A stretch of DNA of 64,000 bases from an uncultured Clostridia bacterium. Lineage in GTDB: Bacteria > Bacillota > Clostridia > Oscillospirales > QAMX01. The number at the start of each line of letters is the position of its first letter. The stretch's first letter is position 1. This document shows positions 9,748-19,144 of the stretch, in pieces. Location of the stretch: positions 12,492 to 76,491 of the forward strand of contig CALWJF010000039.1 of the NCBI GenBank assembly GCA_944380935.1. The letters are read 5' to 3'. The translations under genes were made by a program, and so were the position numbers. Under the pieces are notes generated by a model. That model did not search any database. It had not been told where the DNA came from and saw only the letters and a program-made list of their open reading frames with translations.

Positions 9748-11210
9748 ATCGAAAAAACCGGGATGACGATGGGATTTTTTCGCTGGAAAATGAAAAAGAC
9801 ACTCATCGCGATTGGGTAAACGATACGGTTTCCCGTGCTTCCGTATGGCTGCTTTTGCTTACCTTGGGAGCCATTTTGATCTCCACGCTTTGGGTTTATG
9901 GAAGTCTTGCAGTACAGCTTGCGCAGCGGGCTGATACAGCCGCCGTTTTTTTCTCCAAATATTTTTCAGCTGATCCGGTAAACCTTGCCAACCGTACAGA
10001 AACTTATTTTACACATTATGCAGATTCCGAAATTTCCGAATTACAGCTTATCGATCCCGACGGAAACGTCTTATGCGCTTCCACCATTTCTTATGTCCGG
10101 CAGATCGCCAGCAGCCCAGATATTACCAGGGCGATCCAGCGCTCTGGCCACGGATTTGCCATTGGCCGGGACCCGCTTTCCGGCGCTTTTTGTCTGGCCT
10201 ATTCCAGCGCTGTTTTGTCTTCTGACGGCGAAGTACTTGCTGTCGTTCGAGCTGTAAGCGGATTTTCCAGCGCTAATGTCACGTTACTGCGTAATGCTGC
10301 ATTTTTTTTGATTCTTTTTGGTTTGGGCGTTTTATGCGTAACACTGACAACACGGCGTTTTTCCAGACTGGTAATGGCGCCGATTTCACGCGTAAACGAG
10401 ACTGCGCAAATGATCGCCGAAGGGCTTTACGGCGTTCATATCGATCCGGTATATCCGGGTGAAATTGGTGCTCTATGCCGCACAATCAACGATATGTCTG
10501 ATGCCATTGGACGTTCTGAAAAACTGAAGAATGATTTTATATCTTCCGTATCTCATGAACTGCGCACTCCTCTGACCGCTATTGGGGGCTGGGGAGAAAC
10601 GCTGTTAGCTGGTGACCTGGGAGGAGATGAAGAGGTCCGCCGCGGTCTGACCATCATTACAAGTGAAGCATCCCGACTCGCGCGCATGGTTGAAGAACTA
10701 CTGGATTTTTCCCGGATGGAAAGCGGGAATTTGACAATGCAAATGGAACGCATTGACATCACACCCGATATTGAAGACGTCGTATTTATGTATATGGATG
10801 CAATTCACCGTGAGGGAATGACGCTGGAATATGATGAGGCCGATGTATTACCTGAAATTATCGGCGATCGTAATCGTTTACGGCAGGTTTTTCTGAATCT
10901 ATTGGATAATGCTGTAAAACATGGCGGTGAAGGGAAGCGCGTTCGCGTCGAAACTTATGCGCAGGCACAAACGCTGATTATTAGTGTACGCGACTGGGGC
11001 CCGGGGATTCCTTCGGAAGAGCTTCCGCATGTCAAAGAGCGGTTTTATAAAGGCAGTTCCAAAGCACGCGGTTCTGGTATTGGTCTGGCAGTAGCAGATG
11101 AAATTATGAAGTTACATGGCGGCAGGTTGGAAATCAGCAGTGTTCTTGGTGAAGGTACGCTTGCAGTCATGGTTCTCCCAGCAATTATCGGAAACCCGGA
11201 TGGAGAATAG
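9735..11210 (+). CDS. sensor histidine kinase (2 TM, extracytoplasmic loop, HAMP, HisKA, HATPase_c)
   Basis: H-box SHELRTPLTAI, N-box LLDNAVKHG, G-boxes DWGPGI and GSGIGLA. The start overlaps the response regulator stop by 13 nt. Confidence 0.9.
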   Translation: MGRLNRKNRDDDGIFSLENEKDTHRDWVNDTVSRASVWLLLLTLGAILISTLWVYGSLAVQLAQRADTAAVFFSKYFSADPVNLANRTETYFTHYADSEISELQLIDPDGNVLCASTISYVRQIASSPDITRAIQRSGHGFAIGRDPLSGAFCLAYSSAVLSSDGEVLAVVRAVSGFSSANVTLLRNAAFFLILFGLGVLCVTLTTRRFSRLVMAPISRVNETAQMIAEGLYGVHIDPVYPGEIGALCRTINDMSDAIGRSEKLKNDFISSVSHELRTPLTAIGGWGETLLAGDLGGDEEVRRGLTIITSEASRLARMVEELLDFSRMESGNLTMQMERIDITPDIEDVVFMYMDAIHREGMTLEYDEADVLPEIIGDRNRLRQVFLNLLDNAVKHGGEGKRVRVETYAQAQTLIISVRDWGPGIPSEELPHVKERFYKGSSKARGSGIGLAVADEIMKLHGGRLEISSVLGEGTLAVMVLPAIIGNPDGE

Positions 11211-11305
11211 TCTGTCCGGGGTTTCTTATGTCTTCTCCGGTTTATTCCCCATGCTGCGCACCGTCTGCCAACCAGTGCATATACTGAGTGCGGGGGAAAT
11301 TTTTT

Positions 11306-11623
11306 ATGGGCACATTAACAAAATTCTACATCAAATCCTCCGGCGGCGAAACCGTGGAAACGCTGGTGAGAACCGGGCAGGATATACGTGGTGCAGCAGC
11401 CGGTCGCGTCGTGGATTCTTCCGGCAAGGCGCGTAAAGACGTTTTAATTTTGCTATTTGATACGCTGGGAAAAACAGATTTTTCAGAATATAAGCTCATC
11501 GACGCCTGCTTTTCCGATGCAGACGGCTTTTTTGCCTTTGGTCCGCTTACCGACAATGCACTCTACGCAGTCTGTGTATACGACGGTGGCGTTCGGCTAC
11601 GCGAACTAAAACTGGAAATCTGA
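11306..11623 (+). CDS. small hypothetical protein with carboxypeptidase-regulatory-like (prealbumin) fold
   Basis: GRVVDSSGKARKDVLILLF...SDADGFFAFGPLTDNALYAVCVY matches the GxVxDxxGxP...TDxxGxFxFxxLxxGxY pattern. GGGGG RBS before the ATG at 11306. Confidence 0.5.
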   Translation: MGTLTKFYIKSSGGETVETLVRTGQDIRGAAAGRVVDSSGKARKDVLILLFDTLGKTDFSEYKLIDACFSDADGFFAFGPLTDNALYAVCVYDGGVRLRELKLEI

Positions 11624-11660
11624 AGATTTACAAACCCGTATATTGAACGTATGTCATAGA

Positions 11661-11704
11661 GAAAAGCTTCCCATTCGGCATCTAAATCCGACGGGAAGCT
11701 TTTT
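11661..11704. terminator. bidirectional terminator
   Basis: GAAAAGCTTCCC (11661-11672) pairs with GGGAAGCTTTTC (11693-11704), between convergent genes. Confidence 0.75.
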
Positions 11705-11731
11705 CTGTCCTGATCTCAACCTGCTGAAAGT

Positions 11732-12088
11732 TTAAAGCTGTGGTTTACACTTTCGAGCCTTGACAATAACTGTCAAAATTATCCCTACCCATATCGCTGC
11801 TGCAAAAAAACAGGTCCAGAGAATCCACAGTGTATTATAGCCTGCAGGACCGTCATATTGTAATCCATAGCCAAACGCAAAACCTGCAAGATAACCGACA
11901 ACCGTACACACTGGTAAAAATCGATTTCCAAAACCCAAACCAGAAATGGCGATGACCGTTCCTCCAACCATGAATAGATAAAACGGCCAGTCTTTCATCC
12001 CATGCAAATCAAACAAAAAACTGCGCAAACAAAAATAAAAGGCAATCAAAATCAGCAGCGCAACCAGTCCCGGAATTCTCTTCTTCAT
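11732..12088 (-). CDS. hypothetical 4-TM membrane protein
   Basis: 118-aa ORF with MKKR start and four hydrophobic segments. No recognisable family. Confidence 0.55.
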   Translation of the reverse strand: MKKRIPGLVALLILIAFYFCLRSFLFDLHGMKDWPFYLFMVGGTVIAISGLGFGNRFLPVCTVVGYLAGFAFGYGLQYDGPAGYNTLWILWTCFFAAAIWVGIILTVIVKARKCKPQL

Positions 12089-12188
12089 ATCTTTCGGCTC
12101 CTTTTCAATTCGCCATAAGCGTTGAAGCGGGATAAACTTAACAGGGATAATCCTCGTTTCATTAAAACAAATGGGCTTTCGGCGCTAT

Positions 12189-12920
12189 TTATTGAATTTT
12201 ATCCGCATCATATACCAATGTACTATTTTCCAGATAATAACAGCATTTGCGTTTTTTGCCATGGATTTCCTCTGTTTCTCCCAGCCTTCCGGTTCCGGAT
12301 AGAATGCTGTCACAGGCATCCTTAAGCGCATCAATCAAAGTTGGCTCATCCAAACCTACGCCGTGTCCAGTCAAAAGATAATCAAACTCAGAACGATAGG
12401 TATCGATATGATCCAGGCTTTTTCGCATGGTTGCAATTGTTACGGAATTGGGCATAAACATCCAAACTGTACGGGCCAAAATAGAGTCACCTGTAAATAG
12501 GAGTCGATCTGCCCGATCAAGCAAACATACTCCACCAGGGGTATGTCCAGCAAACTCAATGACTTCCAGCGAACGGCCGCCCAAATCAAAAATATCGCCC
12601 TGTTGGATAAATTCCACCTCTCCTACAGATTCCGGCAAGTGCAAAACACTGTTTGCATCCTCGTATTCCTTGCGGCAGATATATGTCTTCTCAAAGAATC
12701 GATTCCCACCTGTATGATCATGGTGCGCGTGGGTATTGACAACAACCAACGGTTTATCTGTCAGTTCCCGCACACAGTCGTGAAAATTTTGCATACCGTT
12801 TGCCGTATCAATTACCATTGCCCGTTTCTGCCCTTCCACAACATACGCCGTTCCATTATGGTCATCTTCCAACAACCATATCCCATCACGAATTTTGACC
12901 AGATTAATTCTTGCATCCAT
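12189..12920 (-). CDS. MBL-fold metallo-hydrolase
   Basis: HAHHDHTGG metal-binding motif and a downstream GHTPG motif. Confidence 0.8.
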   Translation of the reverse strand: MDARINLVKIRDGIWLLEDDHNGTAYVVEGQKRAMVIDTANGMQNFHDCVRELTDKPLVVVNTHAHHDHTGGNRFFEKTYICRKEYEDANSVLHLPESVGEVEFIQQGDIFDLGGRSLEVIEFAGHTPGGVCLLDRADRLLFTGDSILARTVWMFMPNSVTIATMRKSLDHIDTYRSEFDYLLTGHGVGLDEPTLIDALKDACDSILSGTGRLGETEEIHGKKRKCCYYLENSTLVYDADKIQ

Positions 12921-12932
12921 ACAAATACCTCC

Positions 12933-13370
12933 TTAATTTTTATCAGTTTTTCGCATACAGAGAATCGCGCATTTATAACCAGGCACATATCCGGCATCTG
13001 CAAATCCCAGCGATTGGTACAGCCGATAGGCTGCGCCCGGCATTGTCGGGTCTTCCGGCGCATATGTAAAAAGTTCCGCACAGCCACCAAGGCAGGATAG
13101 CGCAGTTTTCATAAGCGTACGGCCAATACCACGGCGCTGAAATGCAGGATGTACAACAAGAAACGATATCCGCTTAAGCGGCGGCGAAAAAATTATAACT
13201 CCGGCCAGCTGATCCTCACAATATACGCCCCGAACACTTCCCCTGCGTAAATTTCGGATCAGCACTTCACAGAAGCTCTTTTCCGCCAGGCCGGGAAAAG
13301 CCTGCGCTTGTACATGATATAACGCAAGCACAGCTGAAAAGTCCTTCGTTGTAAGAACACTTGTTTTCAT
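12933..13370 (-). CDS. GNAT-family N-acetyltransferase
   Basis: 145 aa with the acetyl-CoA motif VHPAFQRRGIGRTLM. Confidence 0.8.
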   Translation of the reverse strand: MKTSVLTTKDFSAVLALYHVQAQAFPGLAEKSFCEVLIRNLRRGSVRGVYCEDQLAGVIIFSPPLKRISFLVVHPAFQRRGIGRTLMKTALSCLGGCAELFTYAPEDPTMPGAAYRLYQSLGFADAGYVPGYKCAILCMRKTDKN

Positions 13371-13486
13371 AGTCTCACACTAACATAAATATTTTTTGCG
13401 TTCGGCGCTCCCCTTCTTGCACCCATATTGTTTTTCCAGTATAATATTTTCATCTGGACCTATACAAACGGACAGGAGGATGCAAT

Positions 13487-14065
13487 ATGCTCAGGAAAAT
13501 TCAATATAATGCACCTGTCACACTGACCTTTGCATTAATCTGCCTGATCATCTTGGGTGCAAACCAAGTAACTAACGGTTTGCTTAACCGTTATTTTTTC
13601 TGCGTATACTTTTCTTCATTTACCGATCCTATGCTTTATATTCGCCTGTTTACACATGTACTGGGACATGCAAGTTGGCAACATTATTTTTCTAATACGA
13701 TGTATATTCTCCTGCTCGGACCAATGCTCGAAGAAAAATATGGGAGCCGGACAATTTTGAGCGGTATCCTTGTAACTGCTCTGATAACGGGGATTGCGCA
13801 TCTTTTGCTGAATCCTGAAACCGCGCTGTTGGGTGCATCAGGAATTGTTTTTATGATGATTCTGCTTGCTTCCTTTGCCAGTTTTACACAGGGGCATATA
13901 CCTCTGACGTTTCTCCTCATCGCCGCAATTTATCTGGGCAATGAAATTGCATCAGGGCTGTTAAGCACCGATCATATTTCTCAGCTTTCCCACATAATTG
14001 GCGGCGCTTGCGGCGCGCTTCTGGGTTTCTTTTACAAACGACATCCCCATGCAAGGAGGAAATAA
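13487..14065 (+). CDS. rhomboid-family intramembrane serine protease
   Basis: HASWQHYFSN (TM2), catalytic GASGIVF, and SHIIGGACGALLG (catalytic His). GGAGGA RBS. Confidence 0.85.
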   Translation: MLRKIQYNAPVTLTFALICLIILGANQVTNGLLNRYFFCVYFSSFTDPMLYIRLFTHVLGHASWQHYFSNTMYILLLGPMLEEKYGSRTILSGILVTALITGIAHLLLNPETALLGASGIVFMMILLASFASFTQGHIPLTFLLIAAIYLGNEIASGLLSTDHISQLSHIIGGACGALLGFFYKRHPHARRK

Positions 14066-14665
14066 ATGAACTATAAAACATTGCCTACTGGTTATATTCT
14101 ATGTAAAGTCGTCAACCTGCAAAAACAGCGCAAGCTTGCGCTGTGCATTAGCGCTGCATCTATAGGCATTGCCATCGTCATGATTTTTGCAGCGATTTTT
14201 TTCATTCCCTTTACACGTTTTATTTCCTTTTCCCAACCGCAAGCTTCCGATGCGCTTCGGCTACTACTACTTATACCTGCAATCTGTTTTTATGTTGTTT
14301 CACATGAACTGATCCATGGACTGCTTATGCGCCGTTATTCAGGTGTAAAACCTAAATATGGTTTTTCCGGTCTGTACGTCTACGCGGGAAGTTCTGCTTT
14401 CTTTGCCCGAAACAGTTATTTAAAAATCGCACTAGCCCCCGTTTTTACCTGGTTCTTATTGTTGCTTATCGCAAATCTGCTGTTACCGGATACACTTTTC
14501 TGGTTTGCCTATAGCTTGCAGATCCTTAATATTGCTGGTGCATCCGGTGATTTTTATATTGCCTGGGTTTCTAAAACCATGCCGGCAGACGTGTTGATCC
14601 GCGATCAGGGATACGAAATGGAGTTTTATTGCCGTGTGGAAAAAGTACATGGAGATAAAATCTGA
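14066..14665 (+). CDS. DUF3267-family putative membrane zincin peptidase
   Basis: HELIHG motif at the end of a TM helix, with polytopic topology. The ATG immediately follows the rhomboid stop. Confidence 0.7.
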   Translation: MNYKTLPTGYILCKVVNLQKQRKLALCISAASIGIAIVMIFAAIFFIPFTRFISFSQPQASDALRLLLLIPAICFYVVSHELIHGLLMRRYSGVKPKYGFSGLYVYAGSSAFFARNSYLKIALAPVFTWFLLLLIANLLLPDTLFWFAYSLQILNIAGASGDFYIAWVSKTMPADVLIRDQGYEMEFYCRVEKVHGDKI

Positions 14666-14666
14666 T

Positions 14667-15341
14667 ATGAAGCAAATACGACATCTTGATCCAATTAAAA
14701 ACGGTTATTATCGGCATTTCATCTATATTTTGATCTTTCCACTCTATCTCGCGGCATTTTTTTTCGTGGAGTCCTCTGTTTCCGGACCATTCTTTATTTC
14801 CTATATCCCACTAGACGATTTTATTCCCTTTTGCGAATATTTTGTTGTTTTTTACATTCTCTGGTTCCCCTATATGGGAATTACAGGTCTGTATCTTCTC
14901 TGGCATGATGCAGAAGGATTTGTGCATTTTATGCTTTATATTGCCGCAAGCTTTTTCCCCATTCTGATTTTCTGCTATCTGTTTCCAAATTGTCAAAATC
15001 TTCGCCCGGATCGTTTTGCGCATAACACCATTTTTACGCAACTCATTGAAATGATCTACCACGCCGATACAAATACGAATGTCCTGCCTTCCACCCACGT
15101 TGTGGGTACGATGGCCGTTATTTTTGCTGTATTTGAAAGTCCTTCTTGCCGGCGCAGTCTTTTGCTGAAAGTGCTGAGCATTATTCTTGGTGCCCTAATT
15201 TGCGCATCCACCGTACTGATTAAACAGCATTCTGTGCTCGACGGTCTTGTTGCTGTACCTTACGCTTTCGCTGTCTGGTATCTGATTTACCGGCTGCCAA
15301 AGCGGATCCGGCAATCGCAGACACACCAAGTAAGCAAATAA
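14667..15341 (+). CDS. PAP2-superfamily (PAP2_C / sphingomyelin-synthase-like) membrane phosphatase
   Basis: C1-like NLRPD, C2 PSTH, and C3 STVLIKQHSVLD (SRx5Hx3D with R replaced by T). The longest ORF starts at 14634 and overlaps the upstream gene. Confidence 0.65.
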   Translation: MKQIRHLDPIKNGYYRHFIYILIFPLYLAAFFFVESSVSGPFFISYIPLDDFIPFCEYFVVFYILWFPYMGITGLYLLWHDAEGFVHFMLYIAASFFPILIFCYLFPNCQNLRPDRFAHNTIFTQLIEMIYHADTNTNVLPSTHVVGTMAVIFAVFESPSCRRSLLLKVLSIILGALICASTVLIKQHSVLDGLVAVPYAFAVWYLIYRLPKRIRQSQTHQVSK

Positions 15342-15398
15342 GCAGACGCCATCACTTTTCTACTGCCTACTGCCGTCAAACAAATCTGCAGTCTTGCT

Positions 15399-16049
15399 TT
15401 ACAGCTCCAACAAGCGGGGATCAAACTGCTCCATATCCTGATCCCAGATCAAAAGAAGCTTGCCTTCGCGCACGGAAATGCTTGCCTTCATCCCGCAAAA
15501 TTCATTACTGACGCCCAGAGGAAACAAAACATCCAGCTGGGCGTCTGTTAATGTATATTTTAAACCCTGTTCATACACACCCGATGCCGGAGCGCCAAAA
15601 GCAAATGCGGAAAAATATCCCTTGCTGCGCGGTGCAAAATGCAGCGCGCCTTCCGCCAATACAGTAACTGCCTGCCCGCCGCCAAGCAGATAACCACGTC
15701 CGCCTTCCTGCGCCAGCGCGGCCAGAAGCTGGATGTTGGCAATTGTATGGTCAAGCCTTCCGCCTAAGGCGCCATAGATACAAAACGTCTGATATCCCCG
15801 CTTTTTCCCTTCCCGAATTGCAAGGTCGAGATCCGTATAATCCTTTTCCGGCGGAAAACAGATTACCTTTTCCCGCTGCGGCGGAGCTCCCAGGGAATCA
15901 AAATCCCCGACAACCAGATCTGGTACAATATTTGCATTTTGCAAATATGCATAACCGCCGTCGGCTGCAATTATAAAATCTCCCGCATTCTTTTTAAATT
16001 GTACAATTCCAGGATCCATCGCACCGTAAATATAACAAATTGAATTCAT
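15399..16049 (-). CDS. thiN: thiamine diphosphokinase
   Basis: IAADGGYAYL...PDLVVGDFDS catalytic motif and a C-terminal TPK B1-binding-like domain. Confidence 0.85.
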   Translation of the reverse strand: MNSICYIYGAMDPGIVQFKKNAGDFIIAADGGYAYLQNANIVPDLVVGDFDSLGAPPQREKVICFPPEKDYTDLDLAIREGKKRGYQTFCIYGALGGRLDHTIANIQLLAALAQEGGRGYLLGGGQAVTVLAEGALHFAPRSKGYFSAFAFGAPASGVYEQGLKYTLTDAQLDVLFPLGVSNEFCGMKASISVREGKLLLIWDQDMEQFDPRLLEL

Positions 16050-16096
16050 ATTTTACATCCTTTTCCCTATTTTTAAATTCATATGCCCAGTTTTTT

Positions 16097-16496
16097 CTAC
16101 CATACAGACGTTGCAAATTTACTGCACAACCCGCTTTTCCAAGCGTCAGCGGCACATACGAGGTTGGCAAAAGCAAGTCTTCCATTCCTGGTGCGCACGA
16201 ATTCATCGATCAAAATCTGGACTAGAGGGGTACAGGAGTAGCTACTGGCATCATTAACAGAAAAAATCGAATGAATTTTAAAGCGCAAGCTTAATCCAAC
16301 CCGATTTCCATCGAGCGTGTAAAGCCTATCATCCTGCGTCCCAGTAATAACGTTTTGTGATTCTACCCCTATGGCGCACGTCTTTATATGCCGGCCACTT
16401 TCTGTAGCATCCTGTCCATCCAAGCACAGGCAGTGATATATACCTGGCAATCTTGGTGTATTGTCATTCCAACAGCGATATACATCTTTTTTTCAT
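16097..16496 (-). pseudogene. Cys-rich hypothetical ORF disrupted, or phase-shifted, at an A7 tract just after its ATG
   Basis: ATG (16494-16496) plus A7 (16487-16493) reads MKKRCISLLE-stop. The +1 frame is open from the overlapping TGA through to 16097 (KKDVYRCWNDNTPRLPGIYHCLCLDG...). Loss of one A would fuse them into a 133-aa protein. Confidence 0.35.
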
Positions 16497-16620
16497 ACCG
16501 TCGTACAAATATGGATAACAAGCTTTACTTTCTCTGTCTGGTTATACCATAAGAAAACAAAAAAGTAAAGATCATGCGTAATCATGCTCAACTTTATGCT
16601 GATTTTCCAAATATAAACAT

Positions 16621-16657
16621 GCAGCATGGGTGAAATCGATATTCCACCCATGCTGCA
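16621..16657 (-). terminator. terminator downstream of feoB
   Basis: GCAGCATGGGTG (16621-16632) pairs with CACCCATGCTGC (16646-16657). T-rich run follows on the minus strand. Confidence 0.7.
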
Positions 16658-16689
16658 CCGAAAATTTTAATATCGTACCGGAAAAATAT

Positions 16690-18846
16690 CTATATAAAAA
16701 TCCTGCCTATTGCAGCAGTTACCATACAGCACCCAATCCCAAGCAGGGTCGGTAAGAGGAACGCTACCGCTGTCCATTTCCAACTTCCGGTTTCTTTTTT
16801 AATCGTCAATAGGGTTGTAGAGCAGGGCCAATGCAAAAGAGAAAACAAAATTACACACAACGCAGTTACCCAGGTCCAGCCGTTCGCAACAAACAGTTCC
16901 TTCATTTGCGCAAGACTTCCAAGCTCTATCAAACTACCCTGCGCCATATAGGTCATAATAATAATTGGAACGACGATTTCATTGGCAGGAAATCCCAGGA
17001 TAAACGCAAGCAGAATTACCCCATCTAACCCCATTAAACGGGCAAAAGGATCTAGAAATGCCGCGCAATGCTGTAAAACACTAGTCTCCCCTACCGTAAT
17101 ATTGGCCATAAGCCAAATCAGCAGCCCTGCAGGAGCCGCAACCGCCACTGCACGGCCAAGCACAAAAACCGTTCGATCGAAAATGGAACGGACAATAACC
17201 CGGCCGATCTGCGGGCGTCGATACGGCGGTAATTCCAAAGTATAGGATGATGCGACGCCCCGCAGGAGTGTTTTCGACAACAGTTTCGTAGTTGCAAAGG
17301 TAAGTGCAATACCTAATAAAATCACCATAGTCAACAAAGCTGCGGAGAAAAGAGAGGATATAATTCCACTAGAAGCAATTACAAAAAACATGCTTAAAAT
17401 TGTAATTAGAGTTGGGAAACGACCATTGCATGGCACAAAATTATTGGTCAGAATGGCCAGTAATCGTTCTCTTGGCGAATCAATAATACGGCAGCCCACA
17501 ACCCCTGCCGCATTGCAGCCAAAACCCATACACATTGTCAAAGCCTGTTTCCCACATGCACAACACCGTTTAAACGGTTGATCTAAATTATAAGCAATAC
17601 GCGGCAGATACCCGGCGTCTTCCAGCAACGTAAACAAAGGGAAAAAAATCGCCATTGGCGGCAGCATCACGGAAACCACCCATGCAAGAACCCGATACAC
17701 CCCAAGCACTAGGGCACCATGCAGCCATTGTGGCGCATGCACGGCGGCAAACAGCGCACTAAGCTGATCCTGAATCCAAAACAGCCCACTGGAAAGCAAT
17801 TGAGATGGATAATTGGCCCCACTAATCGTCAGCCAGAAAATCAGCGCAAGAAAAATCAGCATTATTGGATATCCTGTAAATCGACTGGTTAAAACACGAT
17901 CAAGCCTGCGGTCAAATGCTGCATATGCTTCTTTTTTATAAACTACCACACCTTCGCAGATTTGTTGTGCGGTACCTACAAGCGCGGATACAATCAGGTC
18001 TTTCAAGCGTTGTTGATCAATTCCTTTTTCCAAAAGTATAGATTTTGCAGTTTGGCGCGCCTCTTTCAACAATGGATCTGTTAAAAAATTCTCTCCCAGA
18101 TATGCGACGATTTCTTGTTCTAACGCCTCATCCATATCTAACAGCTGCAAACTCAACCAACGGCTATTTAGTTTTTTTTCGCAATGCTCCTGGTAAGTAC
18201 ATACCGCCGGCTCCAGAATCTGTAATGCGTCCTCCACAGCCTGTGGATACTGTACAGGCTGGACCGTATGTGCGATCGAATCTACTTTACATACCCGCTC
18301 CAATGCATCCATCAGTCCCGATAAACTTTGCTTCTTTCGAGCTACCGTGCTGACTACTGGAACTCCTAGACGCTGAGACAGCAGCTCTAAATCGATTTGA
18401 ATATGTTTGCGCCGCGCTTCATCCATAAGATTGACGCAGACAAGAACTTTGGAAGAGATTTCGATTGTCTGCAACACCAGATTCAAATTTCGTTCAAGGC
18501 ATGTCGCATCACAAACCAAGATGATGGCGTCCGGGTCTCCAAAACAAATAAAATTGCGCGCAACCTCTTCTTCTGCTGAATGCGCCATCAAAGAATATGT
18601 ACCCGGGATATCTACCAGCACATATCCGTATTCCTTCCATACGCAATACCCCTGCGCATTCGATACCGTTTTCCCCGGCCAATTCCCAGTATGCTGATTC
18701 AATCCGGTCAAGGCATTAAAAACCGTACTCTTCCCAACATTGGGATTCCCGGCCAAGGCTATAACATGATCCGTATCTTTACGCCGCTGTATTTCAAATC
18801 TTGAATTTAGCACTTGTAATCCTACTGCACCATTCGTCAACCCCAT
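16690..18846 (-). CDS. feoB: ferrous iron transporter FeoB
   Basis: N-terminal G-domain (GNPNVGKST, DIPGTYS, NLMD) and a large polytopic C-terminal domain. AAGGAGGG RBS. Confidence 0.95.
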   Translation of the reverse strand: MGLTNGAVGLQVLNSRFEIQRRKDTDHVIALAGNPNVGKSTVFNALTGLNQHTGNWPGKTVSNAQGYCVWKEYGYVLVDIPGTYSLMAHSAEEEVARNFICFGDPDAIILVCDATCLERNLNLVLQTIEISSKVLVCVNLMDEARRKHIQIDLELLSQRLGVPVVSTVARKKQSLSGLMDALERVCKVDSIAHTVQPVQYPQAVEDALQILEPAVCTYQEHCEKKLNSRWLSLQLLDMDEALEQEIVAYLGENFLTDPLLKEARQTAKSILLEKGIDQQRLKDLIVSALVGTAQQICEGVVVYKKEAYAAFDRRLDRVLTSRFTGYPIMLIFLALIFWLTISGANYPSQLLSSGLFWIQDQLSALFAAVHAPQWLHGALVLGVYRVLAWVVSVMLPPMAIFFPLFTLLEDAGYLPRIAYNLDQPFKRCCACGKQALTMCMGFGCNAAGVVGCRIIDSPRERLLAILTNNFVPCNGRFPTLITILSMFFVIASSGIISSLFSAALLTMVILLGIALTFATTKLLSKTLLRGVASSYTLELPPYRRPQIGRVIVRSIFDRTVFVLGRAVAVAAPAGLLIWLMANITVGETSVLQHCAAFLDPFARLMGLDGVILLAFILGFPANEIVVPIIIMTYMAQGSLIELGSLAQMKELFVANGWTWVTALCVILFSLLHWPCSTTLLTIKKETGSWKWTAVAFLLPTLLGIGCCMVTAAIGRIFI

Positions 18847-18916
18847 GCAAAACCCTCCTTTTCCGCATTTTGCGCCAAAAAGCCTTTACAGACCTTCTGG
18901 CGCAAAATTACCCAAA

Positions 18917-19144
18917 TTATACTTCTTTCATCCGGATCTTCCGGCTATCCTCCGAACGGATTGCAATTACAGCGCCGCGAATCAGATACGCAGACGGATC
19001 CCCAGATGGACTGCGGCCAAGGCATTCGACCTGGGTATTTTCCACAAGCCCAATGTCCAACAAACGCCGACGCATTGCGCCTTCCGTCTCTAATCTCTGC
19101 ACAATACCATGTTGCCCTGGTTTTATATCAAACAATGAATACAT
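18917..19144 (-). CDS. feoA: FeoA family protein
   Basis: 75-aa SH3-like FeoA (MYSLFDIKPGQHGIVQRL...RRRLLDIGL..G). The ATG at 19144 is internal to the longer track ORF. Confidence 0.85.
   Translation of the reverse strand: MYSLFDIKPGQHGIVQRLETEGAMRRRLLDIGLVENTQVECLGRSPSGDPSAYLIRGAVIAIRSEDSRKIRMKEV

Noticed and set aside
16050-16690. Looked for a TPP riboswitch upstream of thiN in the 640-bp gap.
   Set aside because: There is no CTGAGA or ACCTGATCTGGATAATGCCAGCG-like core on the minus strand. The space is better explained by the frameshifted ORF and the feoB terminator.
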